Notes: generated by a model from the sequence alone, not told the origin. Positions 51,492-63,046 are shown, numbered from the stretch's first letter. The stretch: DNA of 64,000 bases from Spirochaetia bacterium (GCA_965198005.1 CBDAOI010000002.1:576001-640000), one strand, 5' to 3'. Translations and numbers: made by a program.

Positions 51492-51592
51492 CGGTCGAGT
51501 GGGGCAAACATACCGCCGGCAGGGGGTCGTGTCAGGCGCTTTCTCCGCGTACGATCGTGTGCGATCGTGTGGAATCGTGTAAAATCGGGGCC

Positions 51593-52159
51593 ATGACGCC
51601 CACGACGCCGACGCTGAAAGATGCCGAACAACTGCTGGTGCGCTACATTGACAGTGACGCGTTGCGCAACCACTGCCGCGCGGTGGCCGCCACCATGGGC
51701 TACGTCGCCCGCCGGCGCGGGGAGGATCCCGAACGCTGGGCGGTGATCGGCTTGGTGCACGACCTGGACTGGGAGAAGTTTCCCGAGCAGCATTGCCGCA
51801 AGACGGAACAGATCCTGGACCAGGCCGGGTGGCCGGCCGACTACGTGCGCGCGGTGCTGTCCCACGGCTGGCAGATCTGCACCGACGTGGAACCGCGCAG
51901 CGAGCTGGAGAAGACGCTGTACGCAGTCGACGAGCTGACCGGCTTCGTCACCGCCTGCGCGCTGGTGCGGCCGTCGAAGAGCGTGCGCGATCTGGAGGTG
52001 AAGTCGGTGAAGAAGAAGTGGAAGAGCGCCGCGTTCGCGGCCGGGGTGGATCGGGAGGTGATCGTGCGCGGCGCCGGCATGCTGGACGTCGAGCTCGACA
52101 GCCTGATCGAGACCGTGATCCTGGCGATGCGCGAGGTGGCGGACGAAATCGGATTGTGA
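51593..52159 (+). CDS. HD-domain (HDIG) hydrolase
   Basis: [40 protein letters not shown]. Confidence 0.9.
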   Translation: MTPTTPTLKDAEQLLVRYIDSDALRNHCRAVAATMGYVARRRGEDPERWAVIGLVHDLDWEKFPEQHCRKTEQILDQAGWPADYVRAVLSHGWQICTDVEPRSELEKTLYAVDELTGFVTACALVRPSKSVRDLEVKSVKKKWKSAAFAAGVDREVIVRGAGMLDVELDSLIETVILAMREVADEIGL

Positions 52160-52179
52160 AGCATCGGAGGAGGTTCGAC

Positions 52180-52614
52180 ATGGCTGAAGAGACCGCCACG
52201 GCCGCACCCGAGGCCCACCCGGGCAAGGTGCGCAAGAGCGACGCCGAGTGGCGCCGCCAGCTCACCCCGGCCCAGTACCACGTAACCCGCCGCAAGGGCA
52301 CCGAGCCGCCGTTCAGCGGCGCCTACTGGAACACCAAGCAGCCCGGCGCGTACCACTGCGTGGCCTGCGGCAACGAGCTGTTCGCCGCCGGCGACAAGTT
52401 CGACTCCGGCACCGGCTGGCCGAGCTTCACCGCGCCGGCGGCGCCGGAGCAGGTGGGCACGGCGGCCGACCACAACCTGTTCATGCGCCGCACCGAGGTG
52501 CTCTGCAACCGCTGCGACGCGCATCTCGGCCACGTGTTCGACGACGGCCCCGCGCCGACCGGGCTGCGCTACTGCATCAACTCGGCGGCGCTCGACTTCC
52601 GGCAGGACGGCTGA
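52180..52614 (+). CDS. msrB: peptide-methionine (R)-S-oxide reductase
   Basis: [44 protein letters not shown]. Confidence 0.96.
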   Translation: MAEETATAAPEAHPGKVRKSDAEWRRQLTPAQYHVTRRKGTEPPFSGAYWNTKQPGAYHCVACGNELFAAGDKFDSGTGWPSFTAPAAPEQVGTAADHNLFMRRTEVLCNRCDAHLGHVFDDGPAPTGLRYCINSAALDFRQDG

Positions 52615-52646
52615 CGCCGGCCGACGCGGCCGCCCGGAGCCGCCCA

Positions 52647-52675
52647 TTGACAGTTCCGCGCAGGGGTCGTAGGTT
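52647..52675 (+). promoter_or_regulatory. sigma70 promoter of the tRNA cluster
   Basis: TTGACA-N17-TAGGTT. Confidence 0.7.
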
Positions 52676-52699
52676 TCCGCTACGCCGCAGTTGCGTCTC

Positions 52700-52773
52700 G
52701 GTGGGTGTAGTTCAACAGGTAGAGCACCAGACTGTGGATCTGGAAGTTGTGGGTTCAAGCCCCATCACCCACC
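52700..52773 (+). tRNA. tRNA-His(GTG)
   Basis: G-1, GTGGGTG/CACCCAC acceptor, CCAGA-CTGTGGA-TCTGG, C73. Confidence 0.95.
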
Positions 52774-52779
52774 CTCCCA

Positions 52780-52853
52780 GCGCCTGTAGCTCAGATGGAT
52801 AGAGTGCCGGACTTCGAATCCGTAGGTCGCAGGTTCGAGTCCTGCCGGGCGCG
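52780..52853 (+). tRNA. tRNA-Arg(TCG)
   Basis: GCGCCTG/CGGGCGC acceptor; CGGA-CTTCGAA-TCCG. Confidence 0.93.
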
Positions 52854-52905
52854 ACGGACGACAGAGCAGCGTAGCGCGCGCCCGGCGCGGGACGCTGGGC
52901 TGCAT

Positions 52906-52978
52906 GGGCCGTTAGCTCAGCTGGCAGAGCAGCAGACTCTTAATCTGCGGGTCGAAGGTTCGATCCCTTCACGGCTCA
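52906..52978 (+). tRNA. tRNA-Lys(CTT)
   Basis: GGGCCGT/ACGGCTC acceptor; GCAGA-CTCTTAA-TCTGC. Confidence 0.95.
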
Positions 52979-52991
52979 TTGCGCATCGTCG

Positions 52992-53073
<82 letters not shown>

Positions 53074-53134
53074 TGGCGGAGCTCGCCGGCTTCGGCGGCG
53101 GGTTCCGGCGGCCATGCCGGCGGCAATGCCGCAG

Positions 53135-53206
53135 GCGGGAATAGCTCAGTGGTAGAGCTCCACCTTGCCAAGGTGGAAGTCGCGGGTTCGAATCCCGTTT
53201 CCCGCT
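53135..53206 (+). tRNA. tRNA-Gly(GCC)
   Basis: GCGGGAA/TTCCCGC acceptor; CCACC-TTGCCAA-GGTGG. Confidence 0.95.
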
Positions 53207-53219
53207 CAGGTAACGCAGG

Positions 53220-54587
53220 GTGACCGTAACCACTCAGAATTTCTCCGTATCGGCGGACAGCAAAGTTCAGTTCACGCTCACGGTGGCCGGCGCCAGCGTG
53301 CAGGAGGCGTTCGACAAGCGGCTGGCCGAGTTGCGCCGCAAGGCCCAGCTCAAGGGGTTTCGCCGCGGCAAGGCGCCGCGCGACCTGCTGATCCGCAAGT
53401 TCGGCGATTCGCTGCTGGCCAGCACCACCCAGACCGTGATCGAGGATGCGATGCGGGAGGTGGCGGAGGAGATGCCCACGCCGCTCGCCAACCCGGAGGT
53501 GCGCATCGACCAGCGGCCGACGCCGGGGCAGGACTTCACTTTTTCCGTGACCTACGACAGCTACCCCGACGTCGAGTTGGGCCCGTACCGCGACCTGACC
53601 CTCGACGAGCCGCAGGTCACGATCGGCGGCGCCGACCTGGAGCGCGAGCTGGCCCGGATTCAGGAACGAAACGCGGCGGTGGTGGACAAGGCGCCCGCCG
53701 CCGGCGCCGGGGACGAGGTGCAGGTGGCGCGCGGCGACGTGGTTACCGTCAACCACGTCGAGCAGGACGACGCCGGCCGGCCGGTGGCGGCCAGCGAACG
53801 GCGCGACTTCGTGTTCGAGGTGGGCACCGGCTACAACTTGTACGAGATGGATGAAGATCTCATCGGCATGGGGCGCGGTGCCGAAAAAGTAATCACGAAG
53901 GTGTTTCCGGCCGACTACCAGCATCGGCATCTGGCCAACCGCGCGGTCACGCTGCAGGTCACCGTGACCGCGATCAAGGAGAAGCAGCTCCCTGACCTCG
54001 ACGACGAGCTGGCGCAGGACGTGAGCGAGGAGTTCGAGACGCTCGACGACCTCAAGGCGGACCTGCGGCGCCGGCTGGAACGGGACGCGGCGCAGCGCGT
54101 GCGCGCGGACCTGACCAGCCAGCTCCTGGAACGCGTGGTGTCCGCCTCGCGGGTCCCGCTGCCCGGAACCATGATCGCCGCCGATCTGGAGGTGGAGTGG
54201 CGCCGGTTCGCGGCCCGCTCCGAGTCGGCCCCGGAGCAACTGGAGGAATCCCTGTCCGCCGCCGGCCGCAGCAAGGAGGAGCTGCTCGAGCTGTGGCGGC
54301 CGGCGATCGAGCAGCGCACGCGGGTGATGCTGGTGCTGGAACGGCTGGCGACCGCCGAGCGGATCGAGATCGGCGACCAGGAACTGGACGCGGCGGTGGC
54401 CGCGCAGGCGGCCGAACGCGACGTGGAACCCGGCCAGTACCGCGCGCGGCTGGAACAGGCCAAGCTGCTCGACCATCTGCGCACCGAGCTGCGCAACCAG
54501 AAGCTGTACGACCGCCTGCTGGCCGCCAACACCGTGCGCCCCGGCAAGGCGACGGCCTATCTGGACTTGGTAGAGGGGAACCAGTAA
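53220..54587 (+). CDS. tig: trigger factor
   Basis: GFRRGKAP motif, LPDLDDELAQ; directly upstream of clpP. Confidence 0.95.
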   Translation: MTVTTQNFSVSADSKVQFTLTVAGASVQEAFDKRLAELRRKAQLKGFRRGKAPRDLLIRKFGDSLLASTTQTVIEDAMREVAEEMPTPLANPEVRIDQRPTPGQDFTFSVTYDSYPDVELGPYRDLTLDEPQVTIGGADLERELARIQERNAAVVDKAPAAGAGDEVQVARGDVVTVNHVEQDDAGRPVAASERRDFVFEVGTGYNLYEMDEDLIGMGRGAEKVITKVFPADYQHRHLANRAVTLQVTVTAIKEKQLPDLDDELAQDVSEEFETLDDLKADLRRRLERDAAQRVRADLTSQLLERVVSASRVPLPGTMIAADLEVEWRRFAARSESAPEQLEESLSAAGRSKEELLELWRPAIEQRTRVMLVLERLATAERIEIGDQELDAAVAAQAAERDVEPGQYRARLEQAKLLDHLRTELRNQKLYDRLLAANTVRPGKATAYLDLVEGNQ

Positions 54588-54611
54588 ACTACCGTTGCCA
54601 CGCACTCCACC

Positions 54612-55209
54612 ATGAACGAACAACTCAACACCCTGGTTCCGATCGTCATCGAGCAGACCGGCAGGGGCGAACGCTCCTACGACATCTATTCGCGGCTGCT
54701 GAAGGACCGCATCATCTTCATCGACGGCGAAATCTTCGATCTCACCGCCGACCTGGTGGTCGCCCAGCTTCTGTTCCTGCAGTCGCAGGACCCCGACCGC
54801 GACATCCAGCTCTACGTCAACTCGCCCGGCGGATCGGTCACCGCGGGGCTGGCCATCTACGACACCATCCAGTACGTCCGGTCCGACATCCAGACCGTGT
54901 GTCTGGGCCAGGCGTCGTCGATGGGGGCGCTGCTGCTGGCGTGCGGCACCCGCGGCAAACGGTTCGCGCTGCCGTCGGCGCGCGTGCTGATCCACCAGCC
55001 GTGGGGAGGCGTTCAGGGGCAGGCCGCCGACATCGGCATTCAGGCGCGCGAGTTGATCCGCATGAAGAAGCTGATCATCCACTACTTCGCCGTGCATACC
55101 CAGAAGAAAGACGACGAGATTGCGTCCGACCTGGAACGCGACTACTATATGTCGGCCGACGAGGCGCAGGCGTACGGCCTGATCGATCGGGTCATGGTGC
55201 GAGGAGAGA

Positions 55210-55232
<23 letters not shown>
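54612..55232 (+). CDS. clpP: ATP-dependent Clp protease proteolytic subunit
   Basis: [34 protein letters not shown]. Confidence 0.97.
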
Positions 55233-56460
<1,228 letters not shown>

Positions 56461-56462
56461 GT

Positions 56463-57038
56463 ATGCTCGTACCTGCTAACGTTTGGACGGTGGTCAAGGC
56501 GCGCGACGGCAACGCGGTATTGATCCGGCCAACCGGCTCCGATTCGGTGGTCCCGATCTTCGTCGAACCGACCGTGGCGCAGTCGATCGTGGTCGGGCTG
56601 GGCGACGTGCACGTGGCGCGGCCGCTGACGCACGACCTGTTTCTGGCGGTGCTCCACCGGTTGGACGTGCACGTCAACCGGATCGAGATCACCGCGATCA
56701 ACGACAATATTTTCTACGGGCGCCTGGTGCTGATCCAGGACGAGCACGAAGAGCTGATCGCCGATGCGCGGCCGTCGGACTGCATTGCGCTGGCGGTGCG
56801 GGTGAAGTGTCCCATCTTCATCGACGAGGACGTGGTCAACCGGGTCGGGATGCCGGTCAGCTCGGTGTCCGGCGTGGACGACGGCCAGCGTTCGGGGCAG
56901 CCGGGCGAGGCCGCCGGGGAGCAGGACGATTCGCTGCTCGCGCAACTGCACCGCGCGCTCGACGAGGCGGTACAGGACGAGGACTACGAAGAAGCGGCCA
57001 AGCTGCGCGACCGCATCAACGAGATGGAAAACGACTAG
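56463..57038 (+). CDS. bifunctional nuclease (DUF151) with UVR domain
   Basis: VPIFV, RPLTHDL, DARPSDCIALA, EDYEEAAKLRD. Confidence 0.9.
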   Translation: MLVPANVWTVVKARDGNAVLIRPTGSDSVVPIFVEPTVAQSIVVGLGDVHVARPLTHDLFLAVLHRLDVHVNRIEITAINDNIFYGRLVLIQDEHEELIADARPSDCIALAVRVKCPIFIDEDVVNRVGMPVSSVSGVDDGQRSGQPGEAAGEQDDSLLAQLHRALDEAVQDEDYEEAAKLRDRINEMEND

Positions 57039-57140
57039 GAGTCTGTCGGATTGCGACAGACTCATAGTCGTCGGTGGGGATGGGCCGAAAGCGACGCCGC
57101 AGGCGACGGTTTCGGGGCGCTAGGCGGGTCCCGACGGGGC

Positions 57141-57812
57141 CTAACGGTGGCGGGTCACGCCGTGCCGCGGGCAGGTGGCCTGCACCGGACAGCGTGAGCA
57201 GTGCGGGGCCAGCGGCGTGCACACCTGCTGGCCGTAGCGCACCAGCACGGCGTTGATCGGAATCCAGTAGCGCCGCGGCAAGACCGCCGCCAGTGCCGCC
57301 TCGGTGGCGTCGGGGGTGCGGGTGGTCACCCACCCCAGGCGGTTGCAGATGCGATGCACGTGGGTGTCGACGCAGATCGCGGGGATGCCGAACCCCAGCC
57401 CCAGCACCAGATTCGCGGTCTTGCGGCCCACGCCGGGCAGGCGCAGCAGGGCCGACGGCGACCGCGGCACGCGGCCGCCGTGGTCGCGCAGCAGGACCGC
57501 GGCGAGCGCCCGCAGGTGGCGCGCCTTGGTGCGGTAGAACCCGGCGGGATAGACCAGTTCGGCGACCTCCGCCTCCGGGGTGGCGGCCAGCAGCGCCGGC
57601 GTGGGGGCGCGGGCCAACAGCCGCCGGGCGGCGGGGCCGGTCACCTCGTCCCTGGTGCGCAGCGAGATCACGGTCGCCACCAGGATGCGGAACGGGTCGC
57701 GCGGCTCCGTCCCCTCGGCCTGGGCCGCGGCGGTGGCGGATACCAGCGGCAGCGTGTGCCCTACGCGCGCGGCGAACCGGTCGAGCGTGCGTTTCCAGGG
57801 TACGCGGGAGAT
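57141..57812 (-). CDS. nth: second endonuclease III-family glycosylase (start uncertain)
   Basis: DPFRILVATVISLRTRDEVT, LPGVGRKTANLV, VDTHVHR, 4Fe-4S Cys motif; frame is open well upstream of the track start. Confidence 0.88.
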   Translation of the reverse strand: MSRVPWKRTLDRFAARVGHTLPLVSATAAAQAEGTEPRDPFRILVATVISLRTRDEVTGPAARRLLARAPTPALLAATPEAEVAELVYPAGFYRTKARHLRALAAVLLRDHGGRVPRSPSALLRLPGVGRKTANLVLGLGFGIPAICVDTHVHRICNRLGWVTTRTPDATEAALAAVLPRRYWIPINAVLVRYGQQVCTPLAPHCSRCPVQATCPRHGVTRHR

Positions 57813-57816
57813 GGTG

Positions 57817-58629
57817 CTAAGCGCGGACGGCCGCCAGCCGCTGGAAGATCATCTCGTGCACCTTGTCCTTGTCCTTGCCGAGGGAAAAGGAGATCTCGTC
57901 GACCAGCAGGGTCAGGGCGTTGTCGTACAGCTTGCGCTCCAGGATCGGCAACTCCTTGACCTTGCTGCGATGGTAGAGCGCCCGCACTACCTTGGCGATG
58001 TCGGTCACCGTGCCCGCCTTGAGCAGATCGAGATTCATCTGGTAGCGCAGCTTCCAGTCGGTCGGAATCGGCTCGAAGTCTTCCCCGACCAGCTTGAGGG
58101 CGCCGGTAGCGGCCGGCTTCGGCACGATGGCGCGGATACCGAGCTCGTCCGCGCGGTCCACCGGCACCATGATCGTCATGTCCGACACCTCGAGGTAGAC
58201 GATGTAGTAGAGCAGCATCTCGTCGCGGAACTTGAGCTCCTCGATCGAGCGGATCTGACCGACTCCCTGCAACGGGTACACGAGCTGCTGGCCCACCTTG
58301 TAGGGCAGCTTGCGCGGCTTGGACTTGGCGGCCTTCCTGGCGGTGGCGGCCTTCCTGGCGGTGGCGGTCTTGGCCGCGGCCTTGGTGGCGGCCTTGGTGG
58401 CGGCCTTGGCGGAGGTCGACTTGGCCGATGCGCTCCTGGTCGAGGTGGTTCTGCCGGCAGCCGTGCTGCTGCCGGCGGTCTTGCGGGTCGCGGCCTTGGA
58501 GCTGCTCGCGGTGCCCTTCCTGGTGCCGGCCCCGGGCGAGGTAGCCTTTGGCTTCACCGTCGGAGTCGTGGCGGTCCCGCTCGCCTGGGCGCGCGGCGCT
58601 CTCCCGCGGACGCCGAATGTAAACATCAC
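57817..58629 (-). CDS. carD: CarD-family transcription factor with Lys/Ala-rich N-terminal extension
   Basis: YKVGQQLVYPLQGVG, MVPVDRA..GIR, DWKLRY, LPILERKLYD. Confidence 0.9.
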   Translation of the reverse strand: MMFTFGVRGRAPRAQASGTATTPTVKPKATSPGAGTRKGTASSSKAATRKTAGSSTAAGRTTSTRSASAKSTSAKAATKAATKAAAKTATARKAATARKAAKSKPRKLPYKVGQQLVYPLQGVGQIRSIEELKFRDEMLLYYIVYLEVSDMTIMVPVDRADELGIRAIVPKPAATGALKLVGEDFEPIPTDWKLRYQMNLDLLKAGTVTDIAKVVRALYHRSKVKELPILERKLYDNALTLLVDEISFSLGKDKDKVHEMIFQRLAAVRA

Positions 58630-58733
58630 GGCGAATAATAATGTCGCGCGTCCGCTGGGGCAAATCTTGCCGGTGCCGGCGGTGCCGGCGCGGGTCGTAG
58701 CGGAACGGGGAGTCGATTACAGTAGTACCCGTA

Positions 58734-59420
58734 ATGCGCCGCGCCGTAGCCATTCTCGCCTATCCGCTGCTGTTCGCCGCCATCTTCACGGTTACGCTGC
58801 TCTACCGCCAGGAGATCTGGGCGCTGGCCACCGCTCCGGCCGAACTGCGCGACTGGGTGCGCGGGTTCGGGGTGGCGGCGCCGCTGATCTTCCTCGCCGC
58901 GCAGGTGGTTCAGGTGGTGATCTTCATCATCCCGGGCGAGGTCCCCCAGATCGCCGGCGGCTACCTGTTCGGGATCGCCTGGGGGCTGGCGCTGACCTCG
59001 GCCGGGATCGCGCTCGGCTCCGCCATCGCGTTTCTCGCGTCGCGGCTGCTGGGCGTCGAGTTCCTGCGCGCCGTGCTGCCGGCGGACCAGCTCGAACGGA
59101 TGGAGAAGGTCGCCGGGTCGCCGCGCGCCACCGCAACTTTCTTTCTGTTTTTTCTTGTGCCGGGCATCCCCAAGGACATCCTGTGCTACGTTGCCGGGTT
59201 GTCCCCGATGCGGTTCACGGTGTTCATGGTCATCTCCACCGTGGGCCGGCTGCCGGGCATTGTCGGCAGCGTGATCATGGGCGACGCCGCGGCCGGGCAA
59301 CGGTGGCTGTTTGCGGGGATCATCTTCGGCGTGGCGGCGCTGCTGTTCGGGATCGGCTTGCTGCTGCGCGCGCGGCTCACCGCGCTGTTGGAGCGGTTCG
59401 CCGGCGGCCGCGACCGGTAG
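58734..59420 (+). CDS. TVP38/TMEM64 (VTT/DedA) membrane protein
   Basis: IIPGE..AGGYLFG, FLVPGIPKDILCYVAGL, GRLPG. Confidence 0.9.
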   Translation: MRRAVAILAYPLLFAAIFTVTLLYRQEIWALATAPAELRDWVRGFGVAAPLIFLAAQVVQVVIFIIPGEVPQIAGGYLFGIAWGLALTSAGIALGSAIAFLASRLLGVEFLRAVLPADQLERMEKVAGSPRATATFFLFFLVPGIPKDILCYVAGLSPMRFTVFMVISTVGRLPGIVGSVIMGDAAAGQRWLFAGIIFGVAALLFGIGLLLRARLTALLERFAGGRDR

Positions 59421-61104
59421 CGGTTCCGTCCGCGGCGGCGGCCACGCCGCGCGGCCCGCTCACCTGCCGGAAGCGGATGAACCGGAACGGATGGATGTCG
59501 AGCGGGTTGGCGAACCACCCGTCCAGGCGGCCGCGGCTGACCAGGTTGTAGGCAACCATGTGGCTGATCGGCAGGATGACCGCTTCCTCCAGCAGAATCG
59601 TCTCCGCGTCCGCCAACGCCCGCAGGCGGTCGGCGCCGGTGGCGCGCACCGCGCGCTGCACGGCGCGGTCATACTGGCGACTGGCAAAGGCCGCGTCATT
59701 GAGATTGCTCGAGCGCACCCACATCTGGAGGAAGCTCAGCGGGTCGGCGAAGTCCCCGACCCAGGACTGGTGCGCCAGGGTAAAGTCGCCGGCGCCGATC
59801 TCCGCCAGCAGGTCGCGGTAGCGGAACTCCTGCACCGACACCTCCACGCCCAGCCGGCCTTCCCAGGTCTCGCGCATCAGCTCGGCGACGTGCCGCTGCA
59901 GGCTGCCGCCGACGATCTTGATCGAGATCGGCGGCAGGCCGCGGCCGTTCGGGAAACCGGCCTGGTTCAGCAGCCGCAGCGCGCGCCGCTCGTCGGCGGC
60001 GCGGATCCCGATTACCTCGGGGTACTCGGCGCTGGCCGGCACCAGCACGTCGCTCGGCACCTGCATCCTGGCGCGGTCGCGGATCTGCTCCCACGGCAGC
60101 AGCAGCGCCAGGCCGCGCCGCACGCGCTCATCGTCGAACGGTGCGCGATCGGACCGGAAGTAGAAGTAGGTCGTGGCGTACAGGGCGTTGAGTACCAGAT
60201 ACGGCCGGAGCTGCTCCGAATGCTCCCAGTTGTTCGCCCAGTGCACCTCGCCCTGCCGGAACGCGCGCGTGATCTCGGCCGGATCCTCGATGAAGCGCAC
60301 CTCCACCCGGTCCAGCTCCACCTGCCCGCTTCCCCAGTAGTATTCATTGCGTTCCAGCATCAGCACCCGGTCGGTCCACTCCACCACCCTGAACGGGCCG
60401 TTGCCGATCAGCGTGCCGGCGCGATCCCAGTTCGCCGCCCCGAGGTAGCCGGGGTGGATGGCGGAGAAACTGTGGTGCGCCAGCACCTTCAGAAAGTGAT
60501 CGGCCGGCTGCTCCAGCTCCACCTCCAGCACGGTGTCGCTCAGGGCACGTATTCCCACCCGATCGGGGTCGGCCAGCTCGCCGCTGCGATACGCCTCCAC
60601 GCCCTCGATCACATCGAACAGAAACGAGTACTCCGCCGCCGCGCCCGGGTCGATCATGCGCAGCCAGGACTGGCGAAAGTGCTCGGCGTGCAGCGGGTCG
60701 CCGTTCGAGAAGCTGGCGCCAGCGCGCAGGTGAAAGGTGTACCGGCGGCGGTCGCGCGAGATTTCCCAGCGTTCGGCCTGGCCCGCGACCGGGTTGAGAG
60801 TGAGCGGATCGTAGGCGACGAGCCCCTCGTAGACTGCGGTGAAGAGCTGCGCTTCCGTGGTCGAGAAGGTATGCAGGGGATCCAGCGAGAACTGCTGGGG
60901 AGCGTAGGCGACCACCAGCGTGCGCGCGCCCGGTTCGAGCTCGCCGGCCGGTTCGGTCGGTTCGGTCGAGTCGGTCTGCGCGGTGACGCCCGCGGCCGCG
61001 AGACTGCCGATGAGCAGCGCCAGGCAGCCGACCGCGCGGGGCGAGCGCCGGCCCCTGCCGCCGGCAGCCCTGCCGCCGGGAACCCTATCGACGAAAGAAG
61101 GCAT
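59377..61104 (-). CDS. peptide ABC transporter substrate-binding protein (OppA-like)
   Basis: SLDP, VYEGLV, YTFHLR..FSNGDP, GNGPF, WVGDFADPLSFL. Confidence 0.92.
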   Translation of the reverse strand: MPSFVDRVPGGRAAGGRGRRSPRAVGCLALLIGSLAAAGVTAQTDSTEPTEPAGELEPGARTLVVAYAPQQFSLDPLHTFSTTEAQLFTAVYEGLVAYDPLTLNPVAGQAERWEISRDRRRYTFHLRAGASFSNGDPLHAEHFRQSWLRMIDPGAAAEYSFLFDVIEGVEAYRSGELADPDRVGIRALSDTVLEVELEQPADHFLKVLAHHSFSAIHPGYLGAANWDRAGTLIGNGPFRVVEWTDRVLMLERNEYYWGSGQVELDRVEVRFIEDPAEITRAFRQGEVHWANNWEHSEQLRPYLVLNALYATTYFYFRSDRAPFDDERVRRGLALLLPWEQIRDRARMQVPSDVLVPASAEYPEVIGIRAADERRALRLLNQAGFPNGRGLPPISIKIVGGSLQRHVAELMRETWEGRLGVEVSVQEFRYRDLLAEIGAGDFTLAHQSWVGDFADPLSFLQMWVRSSNLNDAAFASRQYDRAVQRAVRATGADRLRALADAETILLEEAVILPISHMVAYNLVSRGRLDGWFANPLDIHPFRFIRFRQVSGPRGVAAAADGTATGRGRRRTAPTAR

Positions 61105-61705
61105 CGATCGGGTTGCGGCCCAGCCGCAGCCAGACGTACAGAAATCCCGCGATCAGACCGCCCAGGTGAGTCAGGTGCGAGGTGCCCGGCTGGAACCCGG
61201 TGAGCGTGCCCAGCACGGCGATCCCCGCGAACACCAGCACCGCCATCGGGGCGCGCAACGGCAGGAACCAGAACAGGTAGATCTCGGCGTCCGGGTAGAG
61301 CGTGGCGAAGGCCAGCATCACCGCGAACAGGGCGCCGGAGGCACCGATGATGATGACGGCGCTGTTGGCCGAGAACAGCAGCGCGAACAGCCCCGCGCCG
61401 ATGCCGCTCAGGAAATAGAAGGCCAGGAACTCGGTGCTGCCGAGGTGCCGTTCCACCGGCGTGCCGAACCACAACAGCCCCAGCATGTTGAAGATGATGT
61501 GGTACAGCGAGCCGCGCGAGTGGAGGAACATGTACGTGAGCAAGGTCCACCACCGGCCTTCCACCGCCGCCGGGGGAATCAAAGCCAACTCCACCACCAG
61601 CGCCGGCCTGAGGAACTGCAGCATGAAGACCGCGACGTTGGCGAGAATCAGCCCCATGGTGGCGTTGTAGTATCGGTACGGCATGAGGCGGCGGCTGACA
61701 GCCAT
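61085..61705 (-). CDS. rhomboid intramembrane serine protease
   Basis: WWTLLTYMFLH, HIIFNM, GASG, HLTHLGG. Confidence 0.92.
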   Translation of the reverse strand: MAVSRRLMPYRYYNATMGLILANVAVFMLQFLRPALVVELALIPPAAVEGRWWTLLTYMFLHSRGSLYHIIFNMLGLLWFGTPVERHLGSTEFLAFYFLSGIGAGLFALLFSANSAVIIIGASGALFAVMLAFATLYPDAEIYLFWFLPLRAPMAVLVFAGIAVLGTLTGFQPGTSHLTHLGGLIAGFLYVWLRLGRNPIDAFFRR

Positions 61706-61785
61706 CGCTTCTGAAGGTACCAGCCGCCGGCCGGGGGAGGCAACTCGGCCCGGGGAGCCAGGGGAGCCAAGCCCGGCGGTTGCGG

Positions 61786-62868
61786 CTAGTTCTCGACCAG
61801 CGCGCCGGTGAGCTGCTCGATCGCCGCCAGCGCGGCCGCACCGGGAAGATCGGTGCGCGCCTTGAGCTGATCCAGCGTTTGCCGGTACGCGGCGTGCGCG
61901 ATTCGCCGCGCTTCGTCGATTGCGCCGGTACCGTCGAGCAGCGCGATCGCCTCCTCGATCAGAGCGTGGCGGTCGGCCCCCGCAGCCGGCCGGCGGATCG
62001 CGGCCAGCAGCTCCTGCAGCCGCGCGCGCGCCGGCGCATCGCGCTGGCAGTAGAGCACCACCGGCAGGCTTTTCTTGCCTTCTATCAGGTCGTCGCCGCG
62101 CCGCTTGCCGGGATTGCCGGTGGTGAGGTTGAGCACGTCGTCGACGATCTGGAAGCAGACGCCGAACTCCTCCCCGCGGCGCCGCAGGAACCCGGTCAGT
62201 GCGGCGGGCGCGCCGGCGGCCACCGCTCCCAGGCCGGTGGCCAGTCCCGCCAGGCTGCCCGACTTGAACCGGCACATGGTCCGGTACTCTTCGACCGTGG
62301 GCAGCCGCGCCGGATCGCGGTGCCAGAGGATGTCCAGTCCCTGGCCGTAGTGCATCCGCTGCAGGGCCTCGAAGTACAGCCGCACCACCTCCAGCTCGGC
62401 GGCGGCGCCGAGCCGGGCGGCGGCGATGCAGCTCGCCGGCAGGAAGTACAGCAGGTTGCCGGCGTTGATCGCCAGATCCAGCCCGTGCCGCAGATGCACG
62501 GCCGGCTGTCCGCGCCGCAGGTCGGAGCCGTCCTCGATGTCGTCGATGATCAGGCTGCCGGTGTGGGCCAGCTCCACGACCGGACACAGCGGCACGGCGG
62601 TTTCTTCCGCGCCGCCGCACAGACGGCACGTGAGGACCAGCAGCAGTGAGCGCCAGCGCTTGCCGCCGCGCGCGATCAGGTCGCGGGCGGGCGCTTCGAT
62701 CTCCAGGAGCTGCCGCTGATCGCCGAACTCCGCGGTCGCATTGCCGCGCTGCCGCCACACGGCGCCTGCTTCCGCACCCGCGGCCGGGGGAGCGTCCGGC
62801 AACGCCGCCGCCACGGCCCGCTCGATCTCGTCCAACAGACGCGCGAAGGGCGCCGGAGCCGCAACCAT
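61786..62868 (-). CDS. polyprenyl diphosphate synthase
   Basis: GGKRWR, LIIDDIED, GQGLD, FQIVDDVL, DLIEGK. Confidence 0.93.
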   Translation of the reverse strand: MVAAPAPFARLLDEIERAVAAALPDAPPAAGAEAGAVWRQRGNATAEFGDQRQLLEIEAPARDLIARGGKRWRSLLLVLTCRLCGGAEETAVPLCPVVELAHTGSLIIDDIEDGSDLRRGQPAVHLRHGLDLAINAGNLLYFLPASCIAAARLGAAAELEVVRLYFEALQRMHYGQGLDILWHRDPARLPTVEEYRTMCRFKSGSLAGLATGLGAVAAGAPAALTGFLRRRGEEFGVCFQIVDDVLNLTTGNPGKRRGDDLIEGKKSLPVVLYCQRDAPARARLQELLAAIRRPAAGADRHALIEEAIALLDGTGAIDEARRIAHAAYRQTLDQLKARTDLPGAAALAAIEQLTGALVEN

Positions 62869-63046
62869 CGCCGCCAGCCTAGTCCAAACCCGCCAGCGAG
62901 TGCAACGCCGCACCGCGCAGCGCATGCGCAGCGCACGGCGCGCACGGTGATGGCCGCGCGCTACGCGCCGCCCGCGCCTCGAAGCGAGACTTTTCCGGCG
63001 GGTTTGGGTACCGTGCGTCCGTGCGGTGCGACCTGGGCGGAGAGCG

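Noticed and set aside
51492-51592. ZTP or other riboswitch upstream of glyA
   Set aside because: Consensus elements were not found on the glyA strand, and the leader is short.
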